DNA of 46,732 bases from Chiloscyllium plagiosum. Its lineage: Eukaryota. The stretch lies in NCBI RefSeq assembly GCF_004010195.1, contig NW_025214580.1, positions 1 to 46,732 on the forward strand, written 5' to 3'. The stretch's first letter is position 1. Every line of letters starts with the position of its first letter. Positions 1-10,434 of the stretch are shown one piece after another. Made by a program: the position numbers and the translations under genes. Below the pieces are notes generated by a model that was not told the origin of the DNA, made no database searches, and worked only from the letters and a program-made list of their open reading frames with translations.

Positions 1-298
1 CTTGGATGCTGCCTGACCTGCTGCCCTTTTCCAGCATCACATTTTCAGTTCTAATTCTTGTCAGAACCAAAGAAAATGCATTGCGTCACTTACAAATTCC
101 TGGTAAGTTGAGATAGCGGAGTTTCAGATAACAGGATTGTTTAGCAGTTATTAAAGAAGTCCACTGTGGGAGAAATCCACTCCCCTGTCCACTCTCAGCA
201 TGGCCACAAAGAGCATAAGGAACCATGTCTGCTTAAGCCACAACAGAAACTACCCAAAGTATCTCAGCCTTGACCAAACAGGCTAACTTAGAGAAGGC

Positions 299-509
299 GA
301 AAATGAGGACTGCAGATGCTGGAGATCAGAGTCTAGATTAGAGTGGTGCTGGAAAAGCACAGCAGGTCAGGCAGCGTCTGAGGAGCAGGAAAATTGACGT
401 TTCGGGCAAAGGCCCTTCATCAGGAAGGTCTTTTGCCTGAAACGTCGATTTTACTGCTCCTCGGATGCTGTCTGATGTGCTGTGCTTTTCCAGCACCATT
501 CTAATCTAG
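299..509. mobile_element. Fold-back Penelope-derived short element with a hammerhead core
   Basis: Inverted arms 333-418 and 424-509. Minus strand 396-423 reads CTGATGA-A-GGGC-cttt-GCCC-GAAAC-GTC. Same sequence family as the PLE 3' ends at 12890-12979 and 23878-24008. Confidence 0.8.
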
Positions 510-1088
510 CTAACTAAGACACTGGGCAGCAAACAGAAAATGACTCAAGCCACTTCCAGACTGGGGAATACACTTCCCAACAGAGCCTGACAATAAACTT
601 CCCAGCCTTCGGTAAGCCCAACTACTCCTGAAGCCCTAAGGATATCCTCGCTCCTCACACATACTGGAACTCCATAGAGGGTGCTCAGACTGAAAGGCAC
701 CAAGGTACCTCGCTTGCGGACTAACCACAATGGAAACCCATTGATGCCAGGATGAGAGACATTAGCACCTACTGTCACAGAGGATCAGAATCTCCTAACT
801 CAATCACAGACTGATTGCTGCCAACAGACGGCTGATTGTCCTCCCATTGATTGTGTTTTACTCCTGACTGTACTGAAATTCACATTACATTACTGTACCC
901 CTATAAAAACTTCCTGTGCCCACTGCTTGAGGAGGAGAACCCTTGGTTTACCTGTACAGACTGTCTGTCAGTTCTGTGTCAGCTTAGTCAATTTCTCTTC
1001 CAGCGATATCGCTTACAATAAACAGTTTGTCAATTTCACCCGATCCGTGCCTGTGTGGTCTCTGTTCAATTGAGTAATTTCTCCGACA
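510..1088 (+). mobile_element. Possible solo LTR in the intron of RTP gene A (left edge undefined)
   Basis: TATAAAA at 902, AATAAA at 1017-1022, GT-rich tract, then a ...GACA end at 1088 (U3-R-U5-like order). No TSD found. Confidence 0.35.
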
Positions 1089-1220
1089 CCCACAATAGGG
1101 AATTCACTTCATTAATTCTACTCTTTCCTTAGAGAATACTGATTTCTGTTTTCATACCTCAATTACACCAGGTCGGATAAACAGATTCTGACCTTGTTTT
1201 CAGTTATACATACTTCATAC

Positions 1221-1366
1221 CTTGCAAATGAAGATGTCTTATAGAAATTCCATCCTGTGGGTGATCTCGATGGTAATAAGTTGTCATCTCTTATAATATT
1301 CCAGTGATCGGAATATTCCAAATCCGATACTTCATTGTTAAACAATCGAACCCAGTTGGCGTTCAT
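1221..1366 (-). CDS. RTP-like (zf-3CxxC family) gene A, first domain-coding exon; the rest lies left of the window
   Basis: ATG at 1366 gives MNANWVRLFNNEVSDLEYSDHWNIIRDDNLLPSRSPTGWNFYKTSSFA+AG, then donor AG|GTATGA (phase 2). The W..F...W...GW..Y..SSFxR pattern matches the RTP N-terminus and the paralogous exon at 7587-7759, with the same intron position and phase. Confidence 0.85.
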
Positions 1367-1824
1367 TTTCTTTTGGCTAAAATCTCAAAGACACTATAAA
1401 AACAAAATCTCTAAGAAGCTGTCTCCAATTCTCAGTCAATTTTTCAGTCTCACCTGTTAGCTTGCATCTCCTTCCTTACTATCATAGTAAAACTGCCCTT
1501 GCATTGGGAACCACAGTAATAAATAAGCTCACACTTCCTCAACTTGGTCTGATACTATTGAATAACGTCAACAGACTGAACCAAATTAGATATTTAGGGA
1601 TTCAAATCTTTGCGAAGTCATCAAAACAAACCACACCTTCAGGCAGCTGGCATGGATAAACAAGTAAAGTTTCGTCTGTTAGCTGTACATGTTAAAAGGA
1701 AACAAAAGTAAAATCAGTCATCTTATTCAGAAATGCATATGACAGGAACTGCCAGCAAAGTCTGACACTGACATGCATCACTTTTGTACTTTTTGTAATT
1801 GCATATACATGATTTTCACTGCAG

Positions 1825-1874
1825 AGTTTAAAAATTCTAATCAAATGCCTGTGCATCTTGTCACTCTTTATGAT
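1825..1874 (+). other. Candidate upstream exon of gene B (ATG at 1845, MPVHLVTLYD)
   Basis: Acceptor gattttcactgcAG, consensus donor GAT|GTAAGT, phase 0 into exon 2956. Confidence 0.35.
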
Positions 1875-2609
1875 GTAAGTGTTTTTGGTGGAAACAGACT
1901 GAAAATATGTTGTGTGGCTAGCCCACCATCTTCCTATCCCTGATCCACTACCAGTGCATAGCCGACAGACACCAAAATAAGCAGCCCAACACATTTTCAA
2001 AAAAATAAATACCGAAAAGTTGAGTTTGTTAATATACCCGTTGATTGAAATATGCTGCTCACTCCATAATACGTTGGCCTTGGCCCATGGGCATGAGTTA
2101 GAAGGCAGTTTTATAAAATACTTCTTTGAAAAGCCAGCAAGAAAGTGGACCACATTAACTGGGGATTGCCCTGGTGCAAACAGGGGACAGCTCCCCATAA
2201 GATTTAATCCCCATTTTGTTCTTTTCTCTCTGCCCTCTCCCTCCCTCCCCATTCCCAGGAATCCTACTTACTAGCTGCCTAAAACCCCAGGATTACCTGG
2301 ATCCAGATGTCATAGCTGTCTTCATTCTGGAGATTACTTCCAACATTCAGTTTTGGCACTGCCAGATCTCCTGGAGACCAATTGGTTGATAACCCTCGAG
2401 TTGGGGCCGGTGGGGAAGGTCTTCCGTCCACAGAGAGGTGAAAGTCCAGTCCTCACCTCCATAAGGCTGCCAGCACTGCATCATAGCTGTGGGGTAGACT
2501 TGCTGGATGTTGGTCAGTGCAGCATCGCCTTTACAGTTGAGGTGGAGTGAGTGGTGAAAAATATCCCTCATTCTACATCCTGCACAACAAAGCAAACCAG
2601 CCTGAATAC

Positions 2610-2760
2610 AGAAACTAGGAGCAGACCATTTGGCCCTTTGAGCCTGATCTGCCATTCAATATGCTCATGACTGATCCTCTCTCTCAATGCCAAATTCCCA
2701 CTTTCTCCCCATACCCCTGGCATGGAGGCGATAGGCTAAATAGCCTCCTGTGCTGTAAAC
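2610..2760. mobile_element. Short CR1 3'-end fragments in both orientations
   Basis: aggagcagaccatttggccctttgagcctg... is the reverse complement of the CR1 tail seen at 5400-5490. Confidence 0.6.
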
Positions 2761-2976
2761 ATTGAGTATCTGGACAGAATGCAGAATTTCTGGAATGCAG
2801 AAAATTTCAGAAATATGTGCAAAAAACAAATCCATTTTAAAAAATTATTGAATGACTTATACAATTGGTCCTTTTCTTTACCTATAAATGTTGCATTTTT
2901 GTACAACATTGCCCTTTTATCACAGACTATTAATATCCCAACTCTGTTCTCCTAGGATAGTGCACTAACAGATGAG

Positions 2977-2997
2977 GAAATAGAAAGTGAAACTGAA
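2977..2997 (+). promoter_or_regulatory. Triple GAAANN ISRE-like motif just upstream of ATG 3002
   Basis: GAAATAGAAAGTGAAACTGAA matches the ISRE/IRF consensus but also reads as codons E-I-E-S-E-T-E, so it may be incidental. Confidence 0.35.
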
Positions 2998-3001
2998 TAA
3001 A

Positions 3002-3035
3002 ATGGAAGCAAGCCGCTGTTGTAACTCAGATTTAG
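3002..3035 (+). CDS. Predicted upstream exon of RTP-like gene B (exon 2956-3035; coding MEASRCCNSDL+G)
   Basis: Acceptor ctctgttctcctAG (2954-2955), strong Kozak AAAATGG at 3002, donor TAG|GTAAAC. Phase 1 matches the next exon. Confidence 0.5.
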
Positions 3036-3187
3036 GTAAACAGAAATGAAAGGCCATCAAGCAAGCACAGGGGTCACAGAGTGGTAGGCAGAGGAATAGG
3101 ACTTTGATAAATATATAGAGGGGAGGTTGGGATGTGTCAGAGACCTTTGTGCAGCAACAAGTACTGCTACTTCACCTTCTTCTAAAG

Positions 3188-3285
3188 GGTCAGAAATAAA
3201 ACCTAAGGAAGGTGGTACTCTGGATGATCAGGACGATGGGCCCATCACGGAAACAAATGACAAACTAACAGATACAGGCCTTAAG
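3188..3285 (+). CDS. Predicted small coding exon of RTP-like gene B (SEIKPKEGGTLDDQDDGPITETNDKLTDTGLK)
   Basis: Acceptor cttcaccttcttctaaAG, open acidic reading frame, weaker donor AAG|GTGTAA; phase 1 to 0. Confidence 0.5.
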
Positions 3286-3937
3286 GTGTAAATGTGAAAT
3301 GAGTACTTAATCATCTTTGCCATATTTAAATGTGATAGCTGTAAGAAGACAAGAAAATCTTGTGACTGACAGTCTGTAATCATGATAGTGAGTTTTAGAA
3401 GAGTCCTTGGTCAGGATCAACTCAGATGGTTAAAAACTAGGCTGTTGGCTACTTTACCTTTCATTAAATATTCACAAAATATTAATAGGATAAGGCTTGG
3501 TATGAGATAAATATAGAATTGTCTCTCTAATATTGATTGTAATGTCATTTCTTGAATCACAAATGATGTGGATCAACTATATACAAATTAAGCATTAAAC
3601 TTTTACTTTACAAAGAGGAGGCAGAAACATTGACCAAAAGATCTGAAGATCTAATGTAATATCGACCGTAATAATCTATAAATACTTTATATTTGGTCTG
3701 AACTAAAGAAGAGTTTACAAAGTTATTTATTGTTTGACCATCTCATAAAACTCCCAAGATTTTATTTGTTTTGATTAAAAACTGTAAATACAAAGAGCAT
3801 GAACCAATGTGTCCACAATTTCAGCAAAGAAGTCAACAGTGAGTCTGCAGTTCTTTCCAATTTTGCCAGCAATGTGTTTAAAAAGATTCAATTTCCTACC
3901 ACTACACAAAATGTTAAACTATTTTCCCTTCTACCAG

Positions 3938-3995
3938 ACACAGGAGGCACCTACATCACTGGAAATCCCTTCTGTAAAATCAACGGTTACTGAAG
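3938..3995 (+). CDS. Predicted small coding exon of RTP-like gene B (TQEAPTSLEIPSVKSTVTE+G)
   Basis: Acceptor attttcccttctaccAG, donor AAG|GTAATC; phase 0 to 1. Confidence 0.5.
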
Positions 3996-4227
3996 GTAAT
4001 CTGAGGCCCAGGGCCTATAGGGAACACAGATAAACAATGTGATATTCTGGAAAATTTTAATACAATCCATGTTTCACATATTGAAATCAAATTAAAGTAA
4101 AATTGTGCAGAGTGCTAAAATGCAACTGGCTGATCACGTTAGGGTTATTCCCAATGTTATTGAGTTTTGCTATGATGGTATTAATTAAATTCTTATAATC
4201 TTTCAGGATTGCTTAGGAGAGAGTCAC

Positions 4228-4294
4228 AAAAGTGAAATTAGAATAAGTCTACAGTCATGTGATTTCTTGGAAATGACATAAGAAAAGTGAAACC
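4228..4294 (+). promoter_or_regulatory. Composite IRF-E / GAS / IRF-E cluster
   Basis: AAAAGTGAAATT (4228-4239), TTCTTGGAA (4264-4272, TTCN3GAA) and GAAAAGTGAAACC (4282-4294) within 67 bp, beside genes of an interferon-inducible family. Confidence 0.5.
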
Positions 4295-4427
4295 TATCAT
4301 GTTGTTGATAAACTCCGCCTCACTGAATTGCATACCTAAAAGTCGACAACTCTTTGCCACAATAAAATACTTAACTGTTTTCTATAGTGAAAAGAATTTG
4401 CTTTCTGATCAAGCTGTTTTATTGCAG

Positions 4428-4450
4428 GGGAGAAACGTATTGTCAAAAAG
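4428..4450 (+). CDS. Predicted 23-nt microexon of RTP-like gene B (GEKRIVKK)
   Basis: Acceptor ctgttttattgcAG, donor AAG|GTAAAG; phase 1 to 0. Confidence 0.45.
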
Positions 4451-5139
4451 GTAAAGGCTTCTGTTATTCCATGGAATTGTATTTATTTGATTATGTGTGA
4501 TTCTTACTTCAATTCCTCTATCTGAGCATAAACAGAAAGGCTTACCTCGGTCTGTTTAGAGGTGCTGTTTCATTGCATCGAATGTCTACAGATTCCTAGG
4601 GTGTACATGCCAGCCGACCTGCAAGAGCCCAGTTCTGGAATGCGTTGCTCCAGGAGCACATGCAGCTCCTTTCATCTCAAATGCAGTCCTCAAACTTTTT
4701 CAGTGAGATTACCTTATAATGAGAAGGCTAAAAAAATTAAATCAAGTCTAATAAGAACTATGTCTTTTACTGTGGACAAACATTCTTTTGCACTTAATGG
4801 TTTCAAATAATTACTTTTCTGAAAAATATGATTATACTGTAAGTAAACCTATTTGAATGGTATGGCAATACTATAGTTATAGATAATGTCTTTGGTTTGA
4901 GGAACAGGGTTTAAACTTCTGACAATTATAATTTATAACAAAGCTGTGAAAATAATTTTTTCTATGCACCTGTGCAGCTTTTTATTACTAATTGTATAGC
5001 TGTGAAAATTGTAATTCTATGCATTTTAAGTTGCAGTTTTTCTTAAAGATGACTTTGCTGACAAAAATTATAGGAATAAAATTCCACATATTACAAAACA
5101 TATTAGTAAAAAACACAGAAAAAATGAACACTGAATGGG

Positions 5140-5490
5140 CTGGGCAGAGTAGATGTTGGGAAGATGTTTTCATTGGTAAGACAGACTAGGACCCGAGGGC
5201 ATAGACTTAGAGTAAAGATCTTTTATAACAGATATAAAGAGGAACTTCTTCAGCTAGAGAGTGTCGAACCTATGGAATTCATTGCAACAGAAGGCTGTGG
5301 AGGCCAGATCATTCATTGAGTATATTTAAGACTGAGATAGATAGGCTCTTGAGTATCAAAGGAATCAAGGGTTCAGAGAGAAAGCAGCAAAATGGGGTTG
5401 AGAAACTTATCAGCCATGATTGAATGGTGGAGCAGACTTGATGGGCTGAATGGCCTAATTTCTGCTCCTGTGTCTTATGGTCTTATGGAA
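5140..5490 (+). mobile_element. CR1 LINE 3' fragment
   Basis: Degenerate end of ORF2 and 3' UTR, ending in cttatgg repeats. Confidence 0.75.
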
Positions 5491-5669
5491 TTATTTCAGT
5501 TACGTATGTTTATGCATTTATTCAAAATGTTAATGCGTTGTTTTACATTAAATTAATATGCTTATACATAATTCAGGCAAATTGACACAAACCTGAACAA
5601 TAAATATTCTACAATTCAAAAAGAAACAAAAAAATGTAAAAAATGTCAATAAAATTAATATCTCAGATA

Positions 5670-5886
5670 GGAATAAATTACTGCAGATGCTGAATCTGTC
5701 CTGAAAACAAAAAGTGCTGGAAATCACAGCGGGTCAGGTAGCATCCAGAGAGAGGGCAAGCTAACATTTCGAGTCGATGCTACCTTCAGCGTTCATGAAG
5801 AGTCATCTAGACTCGAAATGCTAGCTTGCTCTCTCTCCATGAATGCTACCTGACCAGCTGCAATTTCCAGCATTTTCTGTTTTCAG
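5670..5886. mobile_element. Fold-back Penelope-derived short element, second family
   Basis: Inverted arms about 5701-5783 and 5796-5886, with a degenerate tgaa-GAGTC-atcta-GACTC-GAAA core. Confidence 0.7.
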
Positions 5887-7066
5887 TGATAAAACAGACA
5901 GTGATTTCAACTTGAATTAAATTTTTCAGCTCTTTTAATTGATACATAAATGCAATGCAGTATTTTATTTATAATACATAAAAATTTTGCATTTGAACTA
6001 AATACTTGGCAACTTGCTGTGCATTAGGTTTGAAAATGCCATCATTTCTTTGTGACCACCATTCTATGTTTTTTTTAATAATAAAAATACTGTTTAGATA
6101 AAAATGATTGCTGTCCCCTGCTCTAGGATTTTGTAATCAGGTTCTCCAGTGCTCCCCTTTTATAGAACTCTCTTGAATCAAAGCTTCCAACCGAATCTGC
6201 ATTTTGCACTTTTGTTAAAGGTGACTCTACTTCAATTGCCACAAATACAGTTAACACAATTGTGTCATAGGCCAATCCAAAAGCCCCTTCCTTCACTTTA
6301 ACAATGTTATGTCCCTCTTACTTCACTTCTCCCATACAGATTGACTACTGGCCCATCCCACATTTCCTTTATGTTTACATAGGAAAATTGATAAATAATT
6401 CCAACAAAGGGAGACCCTTTGAGTGGCTATCCCCATCTTTTTGAGGAGAAAGCAATGGAAGTAATTGGTATTCATTTTTCCTTTATATTCAATGATACTG
6501 ACAACAAAGAGAACATTGGGAATTGGGATACATTTTCTCCAATTTCAGCCAATTTCTCTGCATAAACCTTCATCCTCCCCAGCATTACTTGCAGCTCACT
6601 TTCTTACTGCCAGATACAGGGGATCAGTGGATAACCAATTAATCCCACTCCCTTTCCACAATCTTGTACCTTATATCCTTTCAAGAAGTCAGCCAATTTT
6701 TGTTTTGAATGCCACAACCGAGCCTACTTCTATCATTTTTATACACAATAACGTGCTGTGTGACAAAAGAAGCCACAGAAAAATAAATCAATAAAACTGA
6801 CTAAATCTGAGACTTTCAGCCTCATTGTAATATTTAAATTGTCAACCTGCCACCTGGTACTGAAATGGCTGTCTACTCTTAGTTCCATCGCTGTTAATTC
6901 TGAAAGTGAATGGTTTTGAGTCAGTATTGAGATTTTAAAATCTGATTCAAACCCAATCGCTCCATTTTTAGCAGTTTGTTCTTATTTACTCTAACATTAG
7001 GAATTGCTTCAGAATCACTGAGCAAATTAAAAACTGAATAGGAGGGATATCCAGTGAATTCGAAAC

Positions 7067-7255
7067 AGTGGCTATGGTTAGCACTACTGCCTCGCAGAAC
7101 CAGGGATGTGAGTTCGATTCCACCCTCGGGCTACTGCTGTGTGGAGTTTGCACATTCTCCCCATTACTGTGTGGGTTTCCTTCGGATCCTTCAGTTTCCG
7201 CCCATAGTCCAAAGGTGTGCAGGTTAGATGGATTGGCCATGCTAAATTGCCCAAG
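7067..7255 (+). mobile_element. HE1/V-SINE-type tRNA-derived SINE, partial
   Basis: tggttagcactactgcctcgcag head and the central ctgtgtggagtttgcacattctcccc domain. Confidence 0.8.
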
Positions 7256-7391
7256 ATGCCAGAGAAATGGCACTGCCAAAGACTTTCAATTCTCCTGTCC
7301 TTTATTCCCTTGATAATCCATTAGTCCTTTATAAAATAAAATCAGTAAGATGTATTTCATGATATTTGGATATATTCATCCTCTGCCTCAG

Positions 7392-7414
7392 TCATGGAGC
7401 TACACTTGTACTGC
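7392..7414 (+). CDS. Predicted 23-nt microexon linking the N-terminal extension to the RTP domain (SWSYTCT+GC)
   Basis: Acceptor ttcatcctctgcctcAG, donor GC|GTATGT; phase 0 to 2. Joins 7583 as GCA AAA ATG, in frame with the domain exon. Confidence 0.4.
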
Positions 7415-7586
7415 GTATGTTTCAAATAAATGACAAAAAGCTCTATGGCTACACTGCTCTGACCAAGGTCCCTCTTGGTTTCAGCTGTCTACTGAGAGTG
7501 CGGGATTGGTTAATTTAAGCACTGCATTTTGCTTAAGCATGTTATGTGTTCACACAACTTTTTTTTAATCATATAACATTAGAAAA

Positions 7587-7759
7587 ATGGCACGAATGCA
7601 AAGAACAAATCCTTGGATTGACACATTCTCTAGATGTGTGGGTGAACTGCAATACACAGACAGGTGGACATTAAATTTCAATTATAAACTTGATGCAAAT
7701 TTAACTCCATTGCAAAGAGAAGGAGGTTGGAAAGTTTATACAACATCATCATTTGGCAG
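7587..7759 (+). CDS. RTP-like gene B, first domain exon (acceptor at 7581-7582, exon starts 7583)
   Basis: Reads MARMQRTNPWIDTFSRCVGELQYTDRWTLNFNYKLDANLTPLQREGGWKVYTTSSFG+AG, donor AG|GTAAGA (phase 2). Splices in frame to 26991. Below the ORF-track length cutoff. Confidence 0.88.
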
Positions 7760-8536
7760 GTAAGAGATTATTTATTTGAAGATCAAGTATACAACTTAGA
7801 CACCAGAAACCTGTTCGATGTAAGATAAATGGTGGGCCCAGTTACCACCTGTAAACAAACAATTAAACTTCAATTAAGGTATAATAAAATTACAATAAAT
7901 TGAATTGCAGCACGTGCACCCACAAACCTTTGTTATGTGGAGCCTCAAGATCATCAAGAAGGTCCCTATGCAACTCTGTTTTGCTGACAAATACGTTCTA
8001 TGTCAAAAAAAAGGGACACTGTAAATATTTGAGAAAATTATTTATTTTTCAATCTGCTCACTATTTATAATTGCTGGATCTTGCGCAGTAAAAGGCACTG
8101 AAAAGGTCTGGAAGATACCTGTGGGGAAAATGTATTTATCTTTTCCCACTTGGCATGTTTTCTTCAGATGAGTGCGACACAGTCTGCCATATCATCAATG
8201 CAGTCAAACATGCTTTCTGTACTTTTATTCAGCAGTGCAAACTTCTGCAGAATCTCTTTGGTCTTTGCAATTTCAGCTTAGAAAGGTGAGCAGCCAGGGA
8301 TTCAACAGATTTTTCAGCTATACTTGCAGGGTTTAGCATAGAGATATATATGATGATATCAAATGATAGCTTGCCCATGATTCCATGCTGTGGCATGGGC
8401 TAACACAGCTCCAAATTTGTTGGTGTGGTCAGATGACAAGCTGGAATGAGATTGGCTAATCCAGAGTTACAAGTTGGAATTTCACCTTATCCTGGGCATC
8501 TTTTGACTAGATTGACTAGTTCTGAGGAAAGGTCCT

Positions 8537-10434
8537 AAAGAGAGAGCTAAGAATAGCCAGGAGGGGACATGAGAATAGACAATAGATGCAGGAGTAGGCC
8601 ATTCTGCCCTTCGAGCCTGCACCACCATTTAATATGATCATAGCTGATCATCCTTAATCAGAAGTTGTTGGCAGATAGGATCAAGGAAATCTCTAAGGTT
8701 TTCTATAGGTATATCAGGAATAAAAGAATGAATAGAGTAAAATTAGGGCCAATCAAGGATGGTAGTGGGAGGTTGTGTGTGGAGTCAAAGGAGATAGGGG
8801 AAGCGACAAATGAATACTTTTCGTCAGTATTTCACAATAGAATGGTCGAGGAGAATGCTGAGACTAGATGGGATTGAGGTGCATAAGGAGGAGGGGTTAG
8901 CAATTCTGGAAAGTGTAAAAATAGATAAGCCCCTGGGCCAGATGGGATTTATCCTAGGGTTCTCGGGGAAGCCAGGGAGGAGATTGCCGAGCCTTTTGCT
9001 TTGAACTTTGGTCATCATTGTCTGCAGGAATAGTGCCAGAAGACTGGAGGATAGCAAATGTTGTTCCCTTGTTTAAGAAGGGGAGTAGAGATAATCCTGG
9101 AAATTGTAAACCTGACAGTCTTACTTCAGTTGTGGGTAAAGTGTTGGAGAGGCTTATAAGAAATAGGATTTATAATCATCTAGAAAGGAATAAGTTGATT
9201 AGGGATAGTCAATGCGGTTTTGAGCCTCACAAAACTTATTGAGTTCTTTGAGAAGGTGACAAACAGATAGATGAAGGTAAAGCAGTTGATGTTTATATGG
9301 ATTTCAGTAAGGCATTTGATAAGGTTCCCCACAGTAGGCTATTGCACAAAATATAGACGCATGGGATTGAGGTTGATTTAGTGGTTTGGATCAGAAATTG
9401 GCTAGTTGAAAGAAGACAGAGGGTCGTTGTTGATGGGAAGTATTCATCCTGGAGTTCAGTTACTAGTGGGATACCGCAAGGATCTGTTTTGGTCTGCTGT
9501 TGTTTGTCATACTTATAAATGAGCTGGATGAGGGCATAGAAGGATGGGTTAATTATTTTGCGGATGACCTGAAGGTAGGTAGAGTTGTGGATTGTGTTGA
9601 AAGATGTTGTAGGTTACAGACAGACATAGAAAAGCTGCAGAGCTGGGCTGAGAAGTGGCAAATGGAGTTTAATATGAAAGGGTGTCAGGTGATTCACTTT
9701 GGAAGGAATGCAGAGTACTGGGCTAATGGTATGATTCTTGGTAGTGTAGATGAGCGGAGAGATCTCAGCAGCCAGGTACATAGATCCTTGAAAGTTGCCA
9801 CCCAGGTTGATAGGGTTATTAAGAAGGCATACGGTGTGTTAGCTTTCATTGATAGAGGGATTGTGTTTCAGAACCATGAGATCATGCTGCAGCTGTACAA
9901 AGGTCTGGTGCAGCCACATTTGGAGTATTGTGTACAGTTCTGGTCACTGCATTACAGGAAGGATGTGGGATCTTTGGAAAGGGTTCAGAGGAGATTTACT
10001 AGGATGTTGCGTGGTCTGGAGAGAAGGTCTTATGATGAAAGGCTGATGGATTTGAGGCTATTTTCATTAGAGAGAAGGAGAGGTGACTTAATTGAGACAT
10101 ATAAGATCATTAGAGGGTTAGATAGGTTGGACAGTGAGAGCCTTTTTCCTTGGTTGGTGATGGCCAGCACGAGGAGACATAGCTTTAAATTGAGGGGTGA
10201 TGGATATAGGACAGATGTCAGAGATAGTTTCTTAACTCAGAAAATAGTAGGGGCGTGCAACGCACTGCCTGCAACAGCAGTAGATTCACCAACTTTAGGG
10301 GCATTTAAATGTTCATTGGATACGAATATGGACAAAAATGGAATGCTGTAGGTTGGATGGACTTCAGATAGGATCCACAGATTGATGCAACATCGAGGGC
10401 CGAAGGGCTGCAATGTTATGTTCTATGTTCTATG
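8537..10434 (+). mobile_element. CR1 LINE, 5'-truncated and frameshifted RT region with 3' tail
   Basis: ORFs 8665-8877, 9018-9242 (VPEDWRIANVVPLFKKG) and 9500-10351 (FADD, HLEYCVQFWS); ttctatg tail. A small inverted CR1 tail is inserted at about 8572-8660. Confidence 0.92.

Noticed and set aside
1692..2252. 186-aa minus-strand ORF
   Set aside because: No recognisable motif or coherent composition; likely chance.
6166..6220. Exon-like segment (NSLESKLPTESAFCTFVK, phase 0 to 1)
   Set aside because: Including it breaks the frame into 7392/7583. It shows that chance exon-like segments occur here; it could be an alternative exon but is unsupported.
6465..6794. 109-aa ORF
   Set aside because: No family motif; partly resembles decayed CR1 tail sequence.
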